Part shown: piece by piece, positions 27,393 through 37,481 of the stretch
Layout of the letters: each line of letters opens with the position of its first letter
Position numbering within the stretch: the first letter of the stretch is position 1
NCBI GenBank assembly: GCA_963759775.1
Contig: CAVXAH010000001.1
Coordinates: 528,682 to 592,681 of the forward strand
Source of the DNA: an uncultured bacterium
GTDB lineage: Bacteria > Patescibacteriota > Minisyncoccia > Phycocordibacterales > Phycocordibacteraceae
DNA: 64,000 bases
Direction: 5' to 3'
The notes under the pieces: generated by a model
The model's database searches: none
What the model was told of the DNA's origin: nothing
What the model saw: only the letters and a program-made list of their open reading frames with translations
Position numbers and translations under genes: made by a program

Positions 27393-29582
27393 CTATTCCA
27401 AATGCATCTCCTGATTCGCCGCAAGGACGCGGCGAAGAAGTGCCGGGTGGCTGGTGAGTCCCGGGTCATTTTTCACAAGCTCCGCCGCTTCATTTCTTGC
27501 GGCTTCAACAAGCTTAATGTTTTTCAATGCTTCCATGGCGACGTCGGACACGCCCCACTGTTTGCCGCCCGCAAGTTCGCCTGATCCACGAAGCGAGAGA
27601 TCATATTCCGCGAGCTCAAAACCGTTTTTGGCGTTGAGGAATGCTTTCATACGATCCTTGGTGGACTGTCCTGAAGATTCAGGAAGAGCAAAGCAATACG
27701 GCTGGTGGGTAGAACGAATAACACGTCCACGAAGCTGGTGCAGCTGAGCAAGCCCGAACCGTTCAGCACCTTCAATCAAAATGACCGTCGCATTTTGCAC
27801 ATTCACTCCCACTTCCACTACGGAGGTAGCAACCAAAATTTTGGTCTCATTTTTAAGATATGAATTCATGGAGTCCTCTTTTTCTTTCGGTGTCATCTTG
27901 CTGTGGAGTATCCCGATACGCACATCAGGAAACACATACTTTGCGAGCCGTGCCGCCTCGGCCTTTACTGACTTTGCCTGGAGAGCAAGCTCTTTCGCTG
28001 GGTCGGGTTCTTCAATGCGCGGGCAAATCACATACGCTTGGTGCCCCGCGGCGAGCTCGGCGCGTACCCGCATATATGCTTCCTCGCGCTTCTCCTTTGA
28101 GAGCACATACGTGAGAACTGCTTTTCTCCCGGCAGGCATTTCTTCAAGGAGCGTGAGGTCGAGGTCGCCGTAAATCGTGAGTGCAAGCGTGCGCGGAATA
28201 GGTGTTGCAGTCATAGAGAGGAGATGAGGCATCGTCTCGTCTTTCGTGACGAGTTTTTTCCGGTGGGAGACCCCGAACCGGTGCTGCTCGTCGATGATGA
28301 CGTACGCAAGATGTTTGAACGCGAGCGATTTCTCTATGAGCGCATGGGTCCCTATCACAATCGGTATCTCGCCACCAGCGACCATTTTCCTAAACGCCGC
28401 TTTTGAGAGATGAGTTGATTCCTCTCGCTTAATTTTTGAAGGAAATTTCCGGCATTCGCTTCCCGTGATAAGCCCAATGGGAATTGGGTGGTCTTTGAAG
28501 TACGAAACAAAGGTAGAAAAGTGCTGTTTCGCGAGGATTTCAGTAGGGCAGAGGTATGCGACCTGGAGCGTACCTGCGATTCTCCCCGGAGGTTTTGATG
28601 TTGCGACGAGGTAGCTTGTCGCCGCCGCAACTGCTGTTTTCCCGCTCCCCACATCACCCTCAAGGAGGCGCATCATCGGATGGGACTTCTCAAAGTCGCT
28701 CACAATGTGTTCAATAGCCCGGTGTTGCGAAGCGGTCGGTGGAAAGGGAAATGAGGCGACAAAATCCGCAAGCGTTTCGCGGTCTACTGCAATCGGTAGG
28801 GCTTTCTCATGTGTCGCTTCAAGCCTCCGCTTCTGCATCGCAAGCTGGAGCGCAAACACTTCTTCAAACGCAAAACGTTTGCGGGCAGCATCTGCGTCCG
28901 TTTGTTTCTTCGGATGATGCATCCACACGAGAGCGGTAGAGAGTTTCGGCAAATGGTAGCGGTCAAGAATGGAAGGCGGAATCGGATCCTCGGCCAATTC
29001 GTGTGCCCCCGTCTCAAACACCTTTTTGAGCGCATGAAAAAACCAAAGCGAAGAAACCCCCATACTTTCCGGATAGATAGGATGGAGCGGTTGATCTTCT
29101 TTTGTACCGGATGCAACAAATAAATTTTCATGTACTTCTTCGGGCGCGAGCGGCGTTTTGTCTATCTCAGGATTTGCAACATAGGGCTTTTGAGCTGTGC
29201 CGCCGACGCGTCCGCGAATTTTTACCACCATTCCGTCATGAAGTGACTTGGCGATATAGGGTTGAGAGAACCACATGAGTTTTATCTTTCCGGACGCGTC
29301 CTCAAGATAGGCCTCGGCAATAGGCCGGCGCGACTTCCACGTCTTTCTAATATCGGGTTTCCGTATTGTGCCGTAGAGGGTCACCTCGCTACCCGGCGCC
29401 ACACCGGAAATAGTTCCTGTTGGTCCCGCGGTTTCATAACGCGCAGGGAAGTGGTAGAGAAGATCGTGCATGGTGCGTATGCGGAGCTTCGCGAGCGCGC
29501 GCTTCTGCTCGGGCTTAAGCCGAGTAAAGTGGCTTTCAATCGGGTCATTTGGATTCACAGAGGCAGTATAGTACGCTTCCAA
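27393..29582 (-). CDS. recG: ATP-dependent DNA helicase RecG
   Basis: 729 aa with a wedge-domain N-terminus, GDVGSGKT, DEQHRFG and the helicase C motifs. Confidence 0.9.
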   Translation of the reverse strand: MEAYYTASVNPNDPIESHFTRLKPEQKRALAKLRIRTMHDLLYHFPARYETAGPTGTISGVAPGSEVTLYGTIRKPDIRKTWKSRRPIAEAYLEDASGKIKLMWFSQPYIAKSLHDGMVVKIRGRVGGTAQKPYVANPEIDKTPLAPEEVHENLFVASGTKEDQPLHPIYPESMGVSSLWFFHALKKVFETGAHELAEDPIPPSILDRYHLPKLSTALVWMHHPKKQTDADAARKRFAFEEVFALQLAMQKRRLEATHEKALPIAVDRETLADFVASFPFPPTASQHRAIEHIVSDFEKSHPMMRLLEGDVGSGKTAVAAATSYLVATSKPPGRIAGTLQVAYLCPTEILAKQHFSTFVSYFKDHPIPIGLITGSECRKFPSKIKREESTHLSKAAFRKMVAGGEIPIVIGTHALIEKSLAFKHLAYVIIDEQHRFGVSHRKKLVTKDETMPHLLSMTATPIPRTLALTIYGDLDLTLLEEMPAGRKAVLTYVLSKEKREEAYMRVRAELAAGHQAYVICPRIEEPDPAKELALQAKSVKAEAARLAKYVFPDVRIGILHSKMTPKEKEDSMNSYLKNETKILVATSVVEVGVNVQNATVILIEGAERFGLAQLHQLRGRVIRSTHQPYCFALPESSGQSTKDRMKAFLNAKNGFELAEYDLSLRGSGELAGGKQWGVSDVAMEALKNIKLVEAARNEAAELVKNDPGLTSHPALLRRVLAANQEMHLE

Positions 29583-29590
29583 GACTAGTC

Positions 29591-30730
29591 ATGGACAAAG
29601 AAACGAAGAAAATACTGAGAGCCTACAAGAAGCTCGGCGCTCGGATTGAGACCTCGGCGCGCACGCGCCTCAAAGATAAGAAAGATTTTTCACTGTGGTA
29701 TACGCCTGGGGTCGGAGCTGCTGCTACCCATCTTGCAAAGCACCCAGAAGAGGCGCGGCACATGAGCGTGAAGAAGAATTCTATTGCGGTAATTTCAGAC
29801 GGTTCAGCGGTGCTTGGACTTGGGAACATCGGACCCTACGGCGCGCTTCCGGTTATGGAAGGGAAGGCGCTTATTTTTCGCGAAATGGCGGGAATTGATG
29901 CGTGGCCTCTGGTACTTGATACGCAAGACCCCGATGAAATAGTGAAAATTGTAAAAGCGATTGCACCCGCCTTTGGCGGAGTGAACCTGGAAGACATTTC
30001 TGCTCCTCGTTGTTTTGATATTGAGAAGCGACTTATTGAGGCGCTCGACATTCCCGTAATGCATGACGACCAACACGGCACGGCAATCGTCGTACTTGCT
30101 GGTCTCATGAATGCGGCGAAGGTAGTGCGAAAAGAATTTGTGAAACTTAAAGTCGTGATTTCGGGTGCAGGCGCCGCGGGCACTGCCGTCGCGAAATTAC
30201 TGCGCGCGGCGGGTGTTGAAGACATTATGTTGCTTGATCGCGGAGGAATTATCGGCCCCACGCGCACCGATCTTGCGGGCCACAAGCAAGAGCTTGCCGC
30301 GCTCACCAATCCTCGAAAAGTGAACGGCGGCCTTACGGAGGCGATGCGAGATGCTGATGTTTTTGTGGGAGTCTCTGGAAAGGGGCTTCTTTCCAAAGAT
30401 CATGTGATGCTGATGGCGCCTTCGGGAATCGTGTTTGCTCTTGCAAATCCTGTTCCAGAAATAATGCCTGAGGAAGCACGCGAAGCGGGAGCAGTGGTCA
30501 TTGCTACGGGCCGTTCGGATTTCCCAAACCAAATCAACAACGCCCTTGTCTACCCAGGACTTTTCCGTGGCGCGCTTGATAAAGGTGTTCAAAAGATTTC
30601 GGAAGACACAAAGCTCCGCGCGGCATACGCGCTTGCCGCTCTCGTTCCTCGCCCAACAGCGCTCCGCATCATTCCCGATTTGCTTGACCCGCGCGTCGTA
30701 AAGGCAATTGCGCGTGGAGTGCAGCCTTAA
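29591..30730 (+). CDS. NAD(P)-dependent malic enzyme (short form)
   Basis: LWYTPGVG, AVISDGSAVLGLGNIGP..ALPVMEGKA and GAGAAG are typical of the small malic enzyme. I chose ATG 29591 rather than the track start, which overlaps recG. Confidence 0.8.
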   Translation: MDKETKKILRAYKKLGARIETSARTRLKDKKDFSLWYTPGVGAAATHLAKHPEEARHMSVKKNSIAVISDGSAVLGLGNIGPYGALPVMEGKALIFREMAGIDAWPLVLDTQDPDEIVKIVKAIAPAFGGVNLEDISAPRCFDIEKRLIEALDIPVMHDDQHGTAIVVLAGLMNAAKVVRKEFVKLKVVISGAGAAGTAVAKLLRAAGVEDIMLLDRGGIIGPTRTDLAGHKQELAALTNPRKVNGGLTEAMRDADVFVGVSGKGLLSKDHVMLMAPSGIVFALANPVPEIMPEEAREAGAVVIATGRSDFPNQINNALVYPGLFRGALDKGVQKISEDTKLRAAYALAALVPRPTALRIIPDLLDPRVVKAIARGVQP

Positions 30731-30754
30731 AACCTATCTAAAAATCTAGAAACA

Positions 30755-31660
30755 CTACGCTTGGTAGTGTGGATTCTCGATCTGCTTGCTCCGTGCTTGC
30801 ACGCGATGGAGAAGTACGTTTCCATCCGTGTCGATGCTCGCCAAGCCGGATTCGTACATATCAAAACCTCCTACGTTCACATACGTAATGCCGTCCGCAT
30901 GAAATTCACATGGATCGTGCGTGTGGCCAGCAAAGACATAGTGTGCGCCTTGCTGCTTGGCGAGTTCCACTGCTCCATGCGCGACCTGGTCTGACACTTT
31001 CGTCACAAGCTTCACGCGACGTTTCGTAAAGCTTGCGATCTGGTGTTTTTCTTGGTCGATTCGTTTAAGAATGTCCCAAAAGAATGAGCCGGTGTACGCA
31101 AGCAATTTCCCCATGCGTTTCCCACGCACAATGTGGTCCCATTGGTCGCCGTGGATATGAATGAACTTCATGCCGCCGTGTTCATGCACGAACCACTTGT
31201 GTATCTCCCAGTTTTGAATGAGTGAGAGCGTCTCGAGGATATCGCGCTCGTCGGTTGTGTATGCACGAAGCGCATCCCCTGTGAGTCCCGCTATTTGTGC
31301 GAGCAGTGCCGGCACCCCTTCGTCATGATTTCCCAGTGTGTAGACGATCCGCATTCCTGCGCGCCGCTTACCCTCTATGAGTCTAATAAGGTCGCGATCA
31401 CGTTGAGTTAAGTGTCGTAACAAGTGTCTGAGTGAACTGGTTTCTAAAAAGTCACCGTTAAGAACGAGGATGCGACACTCCACGCGGGAGAGTATTTCAA
31501 AAAGTGCGCCACTGCGATTGTTCGCCGCAAGGTGCACATCGCCCGGGCTAAGTAAATATATCTCCGAGGGAAGTGTAGGGGTCACTTTCTCGACGTGTGT
31601 TTTCGGATCTATCGCAGACGATGGTCGTTCTGCCGAGAGCGCTGTCATGGAATTGCTCAT
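30755..31660 (-). CDS. metallophosphoesterase (calcineurin-like)
   Basis: GDVH, GDF, GNHD, HGD and GHTH motifs occur in order. I chose the internal ATG 31660 to avoid overlap with the NUDIX gene. Confidence 0.7.
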   Translation of the reverse strand: MSNSMTALSAERPSSAIDPKTHVEKVTPTLPSEIYLLSPGDVHLAANNRSGALFEILSRVECRILVLNGDFLETSSLRHLLRHLTQRDRDLIRLIEGKRRAGMRIVYTLGNHDEGVPALLAQIAGLTGDALRAYTTDERDILETLSLIQNWEIHKWFVHEHGGMKFIHIHGDQWDHIVRGKRMGKLLAYTGSFFWDILKRIDQEKHQIASFTKRRVKLVTKVSDQVAHGAVELAKQQGAHYVFAGHTHDPCEFHADGITYVNVGGFDMYESGLASIDTDGNVLLHRVQARSKQIENPHYQA

Positions 31661-31700
31661 AGTGTAGCAACCTCGCGCGCGGTATACAACACATTCCCGC

Positions 31701-32171
31701 TTAATCCCGTTGTATAGCTTCGCGGACGCGTTCAGCAACTCCGGCAAACCACACACGGTCTGTTTTGTTTCCGATGGTTGCCGCTACCCTTTGGAAGGGA
31801 ACCCAGAGGACCTCCGCAATTTCAAAATCCTCATTTACGGAAGGCATCGCGCCTCTTTGAGCTCCAAAAAGAAACATGTGTATTTCTTTCATTTCATAGG
31901 GATCTTCGCCACCTTCTTTAGTGATTCTAGGCCGAGTATAAGATCCAAGGTCATCAAGGTACTCAAGCCCTTCCAGACCTGTCTCTTCTTTTATTTCGCG
32001 CCGCGCCGCTTTCTCATCATCTTCTCCAGGTTCAATATGGCCTTTTGGGAAGAGCCACGAACCGTCGCCGTCTCGCCTTCGCACCATAGCAACCATCCCT
32101 CCGTCACCAATCACGATACCGCCGGCGCTTCGTGTATGGAGAGTTTTCATCCCGCCCACGATACCATGCAA
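31701..32171 (-). CDS. NUDIX hydrolase
   Basis: Nudix box GHIEPGEDDEKAARREIKEETG. The start could instead be 32150. Confidence 0.8.
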   Translation of the reverse strand: MHGIVGGMKTLHTRSAGGIVIGDGGMVAMVRRRDGDGSWLFPKGHIEPGEDDEKAARREIKEETGLEGLEYLDDLGSYTRPRITKEGGEDPYEMKEIHMFLFGAQRGAMPSVNEDFEIAEVLWVPFQRVAATIGNKTDRVWFAGVAERVREAIQRD

Positions 32172-32201
32172 ACTAAGCCAGTTTTGCTATACTGTGCGCC
32201 T

Positions 32202-32756
32202 ATGTCTACAACCACAATCATTCTGATAGTTCTTGCGGTCGTCGCGCTCTGGCTCATCTTCGTTTACAACAGCTTCGTATCAAAGGTGAATCGTGCCAAA
32301 GAGGCGCTTTCTGATATAGATGTACAAACCAAACGTCGCTACGACCTTATTCCAAACCTGGTTTCCACGGTTAAGGGCTACGCAACACATGAGTCGTCTG
32401 CTTTTGAGAATGTGACGAAGGCACGTGCTACCGCGATGGGAGCAACAGGGATGCAGGCCAAGGCGGGAGCAGAGAACATGCTCACGGGTGCCCTGAAGTC
32501 TCTCTTCGCAGTTGCGGAAGCGTATCCAGACCTTAAGGCAAACCAAAACTTCCTTGAGCTCCAGCGCGAGCTTTCAGACACGGAAAATAAAATTCAGGCC
32601 GCTCGTCGCTTCTACAACAGCACGGTCAACGATCTCAACACATCCGTGGAATCATTTCCGGGGAACGTCGTCGCATCAAGCTTCAAGTTCTCCAAGATGG
32701 AGCTCTTTCAGCTGGGAGATGCTTCGGAAGGTGCACCAGTGAAAGTTAGTTTCTAA
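32202..32756 (+). CDS. lemA: LemA family protein
   Basis: N-terminal TM, then ...RYDLIPNLV..VKGYA.HE...F..V..AR. This is typical LemA, and it is paired with htpX as usual. Confidence 0.85.
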   Translation: MSTTTIILIVLAVVALWLIFVYNSFVSKVNRAKEALSDIDVQTKRRYDLIPNLVSTVKGYATHESSAFENVTKARATAMGATGMQAKAGAENMLTGALKSLFAVAEAYPDLKANQNFLELQRELSDTENKIQAARRFYNSTVNDLNTSVESFPGNVVASSFKFSKMELFQLGDASEGAPVKVSF

Positions 32757-32760
32757 ATGA

Positions 32761-32879
32761 ATCCCGTTAGAGATAGCGGGTACGGTATACGGGGTCGACT
32801 GTGTGCCGTTGTTATAAACTGTAATCACGATAGGAGTTCGGCGCAGATACTTGCGCTCGCACCCTATCTCTAACGGGAT
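32761..32879. repeat. 119-bp element bounded by perfect 16-bp inverted repeats
   Basis: atcccgttagagatag (32761-32776) pairs with ctatctctaacgggat (32864-32879). The right arm contains the A and T of the htpX ATG (32878). Confidence 0.8.
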
Positions 32880-33771
32880 GAACGTCTACCAACAGCGCGC
32901 ATCAAACGTCCGTCGCACCTGGGCCCTTATCGTGGGGTTCTTGGTCGTGGTTATTGCACTTGGATATGGGATTTCGTGGTATTTCGGTAACCCAATTATT
33001 CTCTATGTCGCCGTATTCATCTCGGTAGCTACAAACTTCTACGCGTACTGGGCATCCGACAAGCTCGTGCTCTCCATGAGCCATGCACGCAAAGCAACGC
33101 GAGAAGAATTCTTTGACCTCTATACGGTGACAGAAAACCTCGCCATGACCGCAGGGCTCCCCATGCCGAAGCTCTACATCATTGACGACGCCGCACCGAA
33201 CGCTTTTGCGACCGGCCGAGACGAGAAGCATGCGGTCGTTTGCGCAACCACAGGACTTCTCGGACTTCTTTCTCGCGCAGAACTTGAGGGTGTGATAGCT
33301 CATGAGCTCTCGCACATTCAAAACCGCGACATTCTCGTGATGACGGTCGCCGTCGTTCTTGCGGGGTTCGTGGCTATTGTCGCGGATATTTTTCTTCGGA
33401 TGGCGTTTTACGGCGGTGGTCGCGACAGTCGAGGCGGGGGGAATGTCATCGTGCTTGTTCTTGGAATTATTGGCATCATTCTTGCTCCGCTTGCGGCACA
33501 GCTTATTCAGCTCGCCATTTCTCGTCGTCGCGAATATCTCGCGGACGCTTCCGGAGTACTGCTGACCCGCTACCCGGAAGGTCTTGCGACCGCACTTCAA
33601 AAAATTAGCTCGCACAACATACCGATGCGTCACAAAAGCCACGCAACCGCGCACCTCTTTATTGACGAGCCATTTGGAAAACCAGAAGGGAAGAAGGCGG
33701 GCTGGATCCAAAATTTATTTTCCACGCATCCACCAACAGAAGAGCGCGTTCAAAAACTTTTGGGAAAGTAA
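32878..33771 (+). CDS. htpX: zinc metalloprotease HtpX (M48)
   Basis: HELSHIQNRD zinc motif and 4 TMs. The start may instead be TTG 32851. Confidence 0.85.
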   Translation: MNVYQQRASNVRRTWALIVGFLVVVIALGYGISWYFGNPIILYVAVFISVATNFYAYWASDKLVLSMSHARKATREEFFDLYTVTENLAMTAGLPMPKLYIIDDAAPNAFATGRDEKHAVVCATTGLLGLLSRAELEGVIAHELSHIQNRDILVMTVAVVLAGFVAIVADIFLRMAFYGGGRDSRGGGNVIVLVLGIIGIILAPLAAQLIQLAISRRREYLADASGVLLTRYPEGLATALQKISSHNIPMRHKSHATAHLFIDEPFGKPEGKKAGWIQNLFSTHPPTEERVQKLLGK

Positions 33772-33799
33772 TTTCGGCGTGATATAACACGTCGCATAC

Positions 33800-33886
33800 G
33801 GAGGCGTCGCATAGTGGTCTAGTGCACCGCCTTGGAAAGGCGGCAGGCCCGAAAGGGCCTCGTGAGTTCAAATCTCACCGCCTCCG
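33800..33886 (+). tRNA. tRNA-Ser (anticodon GGA)
   Basis: Class II tRNA with acceptor GGAGGCG/CGCCTCC, anticodon stem CCGCC/GGCGG, loop TT-GGA-AA and a long variable arm GGCCCgaaaGGGCC. Confidence 0.9.
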
Positions 33887-33909
33887 CAACATCTGGTAGA
33901 GTTATATAA

Positions 33910-34383
33910 ATGAAGCAGTATTTTATTCCGATTGTATGCGCTCTCGCGTTCTTCGGTCTTGCGGGTTTATTTTTCTATAGGACATATATACCTCCTTCGC
34001 ACGCTGGCCTTATAGACGGCACCTTCGGCAAGGTGTCCTTGAAGATTGAGGTCGCGGACACGCCAAAGGCTCGCGAGAGAGGACTTTCAAAGCGTCTGCT
34101 TCTGCCTCCTGAGCAGGCCATGCTCTTCGTTTTCCCCGATGACGGGTACTACGGGTTCTGGATGAAAGACATGATGATACCAATTGATATCTTCTGGCTT
34201 GATTCCGAGGGGCGCGTAGTGTCCGTTGAAAAGGACGTCCTTCCAAGTTCATATCCCACCTCGTTCTATCCGACATCCCCTGCCCGCTATGTCCTTGAGA
34301 CCAATACCGGCTTCGCCGCCCTCTACTCTATTGGCACTGGCACACCACTCCTCTTGAAAAGCTTCCCAATCGTTTCAGAGTAA
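33910..34383 (+). CDS. DUF192 domain protein
   Basis: N-terminal TM, then ...RERGLS.R..L....AMLFVF......FWMKDM.IPIDIFWLD is the DUF192 pattern. Confidence 0.7.
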   Translation: MKQYFIPIVCALAFFGLAGLFFYRTYIPPSHAGLIDGTFGKVSLKIEVADTPKARERGLSKRLLLPPEQAMLFVFPDDGYYGFWMKDMMIPIDIFWLDSEGRVVSVEKDVLPSSYPTSFYPTSPARYVLETNTGFAALYSIGTGTPLLLKSFPIVSE

Positions 34384-34485
34384 AACTATCCACAGTGTGT
34401 TTTGGTGGGGGAGGAGTAAAATAACCACTACGCACTTCTGCCTAGTTTAGGAAAGCGCGCGATTATTATCCCTAGTCGCCTTATC

Positions 34486-36855
34486 ATGCCAAAAGCCGTT
34501 AAAACATCCATGAGCCCAGTCGTCATCGCGCCAAAAAGCGAAGAACCAATTTCAAAAGAGACATTGCGCTACCGTGCAATGGTTCCGCAAATTGAAAAAC
34601 GAGACGGAAGGGTCGTGGCATTTGATTTCGGACGAGTTGCAAAGGCAATTCAAAAAGCAATGGCGGCGGCAGAGGAGGGCAATGAAGATGACGCGTCGCT
34701 GGTGGCACACCAGGTCGCAGGAGAGCTCGCGCGTTTTGCAAAAAAGTACAAAAATTTCCTCCCCACCGTTGAAGGTATTCAGGACTCAGTTGAAAAGTAC
34801 CTCATTCTCAATGATTATGTAAAAACGGCGAAGTCGTACATTCTCTATCGCGACAAGCGCGCTCAGATGCGTGCGGCACAAATAGAGATTCCCGCACATG
34901 TAAAGAAACTTGCGGAAGAGAGTAAAGAATATTTTAAAGATAATCCACTCGGCGAGTTCGTATACCTACGCACGTACGCAAAATGGATCCCAACCGAAGG
35001 CAGGCGTGAGACGTGGATTGAAACAGTTGACCGATATGTCGGATTCATGAAAGAAAATTTGGGCGACAAGCTTACTGAAAAAGAATATGCCGAAGTGCGC
35101 ACGGCAATTTTGAAGCAGGAAGTCATGCCGTCAATGCGCCTCATGCAATTTGCCGGAGACGCAGCACGCCGCGATAATATTTGTGCATACAACTGCTCTT
35201 ATATCGCACCGTCGAAACTCGAAGACTTCGCAGAAATTATGTACGTCTCGATGCGCGGTACCGGTGTGGGCTACTCAGTTGAAAGCCAGAACGTACAAGC
35301 GCTCCCACAGATCAAATATCAGAGCGGTCAAAAGCTCCCCACGCACCTCGTTGCTGATTCCGCAGAAGGATGGGCAACGGCGCTCACGACTGGACTCAAA
35401 GCCTGGTACGACGGAAAGGATATTGACTTTGATTACTCCCTCGTTCGCCCAGCAGGTACACGCCTCAAGGTGATGGGAGGTAAGGCATCAGGCCCGGCAC
35501 CCCTTCAGTCTCTTCTTGCATTCTCCCGAGACCGCATTTTGAAGCGCCAAGGGCGCCGCCTTCGCAATATTGATGCTCACGACATCATCTGCAAGATTGG
35601 TGATTGTGTGGTTGCTGGCGGCGTACGCCGCTCAGCGATGATTTCGCTCTCAGATCTTGATGATGTCGAGCTTCGCGATGCAAAAAAGGGACAATTCTTC
35701 ATGACCGACCCGCACCGCTCGGTTTCAAACAACTCAGCAGTCTATTTGCAAAAGCCGGCCAACGAAGAATTCATGGACGAATGGGTTGCGCTCATGAAAA
35801 GCCGCACCGGCGAGCGTGGCATCTTCAACCGCAGCGGGCTTATTACACAGCTCCCGAAACGCCGCATTACGAATTGGGAAAAGACAGGGTACGTCGTAAG
35901 TAATCGTGTGATGGGTCCTGCCGGAACAAATCCTTGCGGCGAAATTATTTTGAAGTCTAAGCAGTTCTGCAACCTTTCCGAAGTGGTCGCACGTCCGAGC
36001 GATACGAGAGAGTCTCTTTTGCGCAAGGCACGTCTCGCAACAATTCTTGGCACCTACCAGTCAACGCTTACCAAAATGAATTTCCTCTCAAAGGAATGGA
36101 TAGAGAACTGTGAAGACGAACGACTTCTCGGCGTCTCAATCACGGGACAGTGGGACTCGACCGCTGTTCGCGATGCGGAGGTACTTGAAGCGATGCGCAC
36201 CGAAACGATCAAAGTGAACAAGAAGTACGCGAAGCGCTTTGGGGTTAATGAGTCAACGGCAATTACCTGCGTGAAGCCTTCGGGCACTGTTTCTCAGACG
36301 ATTGGCGTTGCTTCCGGTATGCACGCACGTCATGCGCCGTATTACATTCGTCGCGTGCGTATTAGCGCAACGGACTCGCTCTTCAAGATGCTTAAGGACC
36401 AGGGCATGCCGTTTCATCCGGAAGTGGGACAGTCAGCTGAAGAAGCGAGCACCTTTGTGCTTGAATTCCCGGTCAAATCTCCCGATGGTGCGATTTGCAA
36501 AAACGACCTATCGGCGATAGATCAGCTTACACATTGGAAACTCGTCAAGGAGAACTTTACTGAACACAATCCGTCCGTGACCGTCTCGGTGGGAGACAAC
36601 GAATGGATTGAGGTGGGTAACTGGGTGTATGCAAACTGGGAAATCGTCGGCGGCCTCTCATTCCTTCCACGCGAAAACCATGCGTACCGCCTTGCACCAT
36701 ACGAAGCGATCACGAAGGAGCAGTATGAGGCACTCGTCGCCAAGCTTCCGAAAATCGACTACAGCAAACTCTATACCTATGAAAAGCAGGATGAAACAGA
36801 GCTCAAGAAGGAGCTTGCGTGCGTAAGTGGCGTTTGCGAAATCGTGTTAGGGTAG
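34486..36855 (+). CDS. nrdJ: class II (adenosylcobalamin-dependent) ribonucleotide reductase with N-terminal ATP-cone
   Basis: 789 aa. It has an ATP-cone (IEKRDGRVVAFDFGRVAKAI), NPCGEIIL..KQFCNLSEV and a C-terminal Cys pair. Confidence 0.8.
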   Translation: MPKAVKTSMSPVVIAPKSEEPISKETLRYRAMVPQIEKRDGRVVAFDFGRVAKAIQKAMAAAEEGNEDDASLVAHQVAGELARFAKKYKNFLPTVEGIQDSVEKYLILNDYVKTAKSYILYRDKRAQMRAAQIEIPAHVKKLAEESKEYFKDNPLGEFVYLRTYAKWIPTEGRRETWIETVDRYVGFMKENLGDKLTEKEYAEVRTAILKQEVMPSMRLMQFAGDAARRDNICAYNCSYIAPSKLEDFAEIMYVSMRGTGVGYSVESQNVQALPQIKYQSGQKLPTHLVADSAEGWATALTTGLKAWYDGKDIDFDYSLVRPAGTRLKVMGGKASGPAPLQSLLAFSRDRILKRQGRRLRNIDAHDIICKIGDCVVAGGVRRSAMISLSDLDDVELRDAKKGQFFMTDPHRSVSNNSAVYLQKPANEEFMDEWVALMKSRTGERGIFNRSGLITQLPKRRITNWEKTGYVVSNRVMGPAGTNPCGEIILKSKQFCNLSEVVARPSDTRESLLRKARLATILGTYQSTLTKMNFLSKEWIENCEDERLLGVSITGQWDSTAVRDAEVLEAMRTETIKVNKKYAKRFGVNESTAITCVKPSGTVSQTIGVASGMHARHAPYYIRRVRISATDSLFKMLKDQGMPFHPEVGQSAEEASTFVLEFPVKSPDGAICKNDLSAIDQLTHWKLVKENFTEHNPSVTVSVGDNEWIEVGNWVYANWEIVGGLSFLPRENHAYRLAPYEAITKEQYEALVAKLPKIDYSKLYTYEKQDETELKKELACVSGVCEIVLG

Positions 36856-36991
36856 AGACTCAGCGGTTGCGGAATGGTACTCCAACAGATTTTCCTCACC
36901 GTCTCAAGTACGGCTCAAAAAATCGACTGTCCGCGCCTTGCATCTGAGCCTTCCCGTCGCTCACAAGATGTTTTAATGTGGTATAATGCGG

Positions 36992-37362
36992 TCGGACCAA
37001 GCTAGACGATCGCTTCGTGCGCCTATGGCGCATGGGGAGGAAAGTCCGAGCACGGGCGGCGCGAAAGCGCCGCAGAAGGGTAGCGGGTAACGCCCGTCGT
37101 CCGCGAGGACAGAGGTGCCTACAGAGACGCTCCACGCGAAAGCAAGGAGATTCCTTTCGGGGAAGGGTAGTCCCATTGCAAGATGGGGGTGCAACGAACA
37201 AATCCTTACCTCCGTGCAAGGCCGTATCGCTAACAACAGTTGGCGGGGAGCCGCTTGAGGCGATGAGTAATCATCGTCCCAGATACATGATCGTTGTCAC
37301 CCCGTCACACTGCATAAGTGTGGCGGGCACTGAACAGAACTCGGCTTATCGGCTCGGTCCAC
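36992..37362 (+). ncRNA. rnpB: RNase P RNA, bacterial type A
   Basis: GGAGGAAAGTCCGAGC and ACAGAACTCGGCTTATCGG universal motifs. P1 pairs GGACCAAGC with GGCTCGGTCC. A TATAAT box sits at 36983-36988. The ends are approximate. Confidence 0.85.
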
Positions 37363-37401
37363 ACAAAACGCCGCGTCCCTTTTTGGGCGCGGCGTTTTGT
37401 G
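37362..37401 (+). terminator. hairpin after rnpB
   Basis: cacaaaacgccgcg/cgcggcgttttgtg is a 14-bp stem. Confidence 0.5.
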
Positions 37402-37481
37402 TGGAATACGGAGTCTTGCCCATTCGCGGATGGAGTATACTTAGGGGTATTAGCACTTACGAGCAATAGACAATTTTATTT

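Noticed and set aside
34384-34401. A possible NrdR box (AACTATCCACAGTGTGTT) upstream of nrdJ
   Set aside because: It matches only the outer half-sites of the ACACTATATATAGTGT-type consensus as I remember it. I could not find a convincing second box at helical spacing, and no nrdR is visible here. This is too weak to list as a feature.
36896-37469. ORFs 36896-37219 (-), 36973-37236 (-) and 37017-37469 (+)
   Set aside because: They overlap RNase P RNA, are Arg-rich, and have no RBS.
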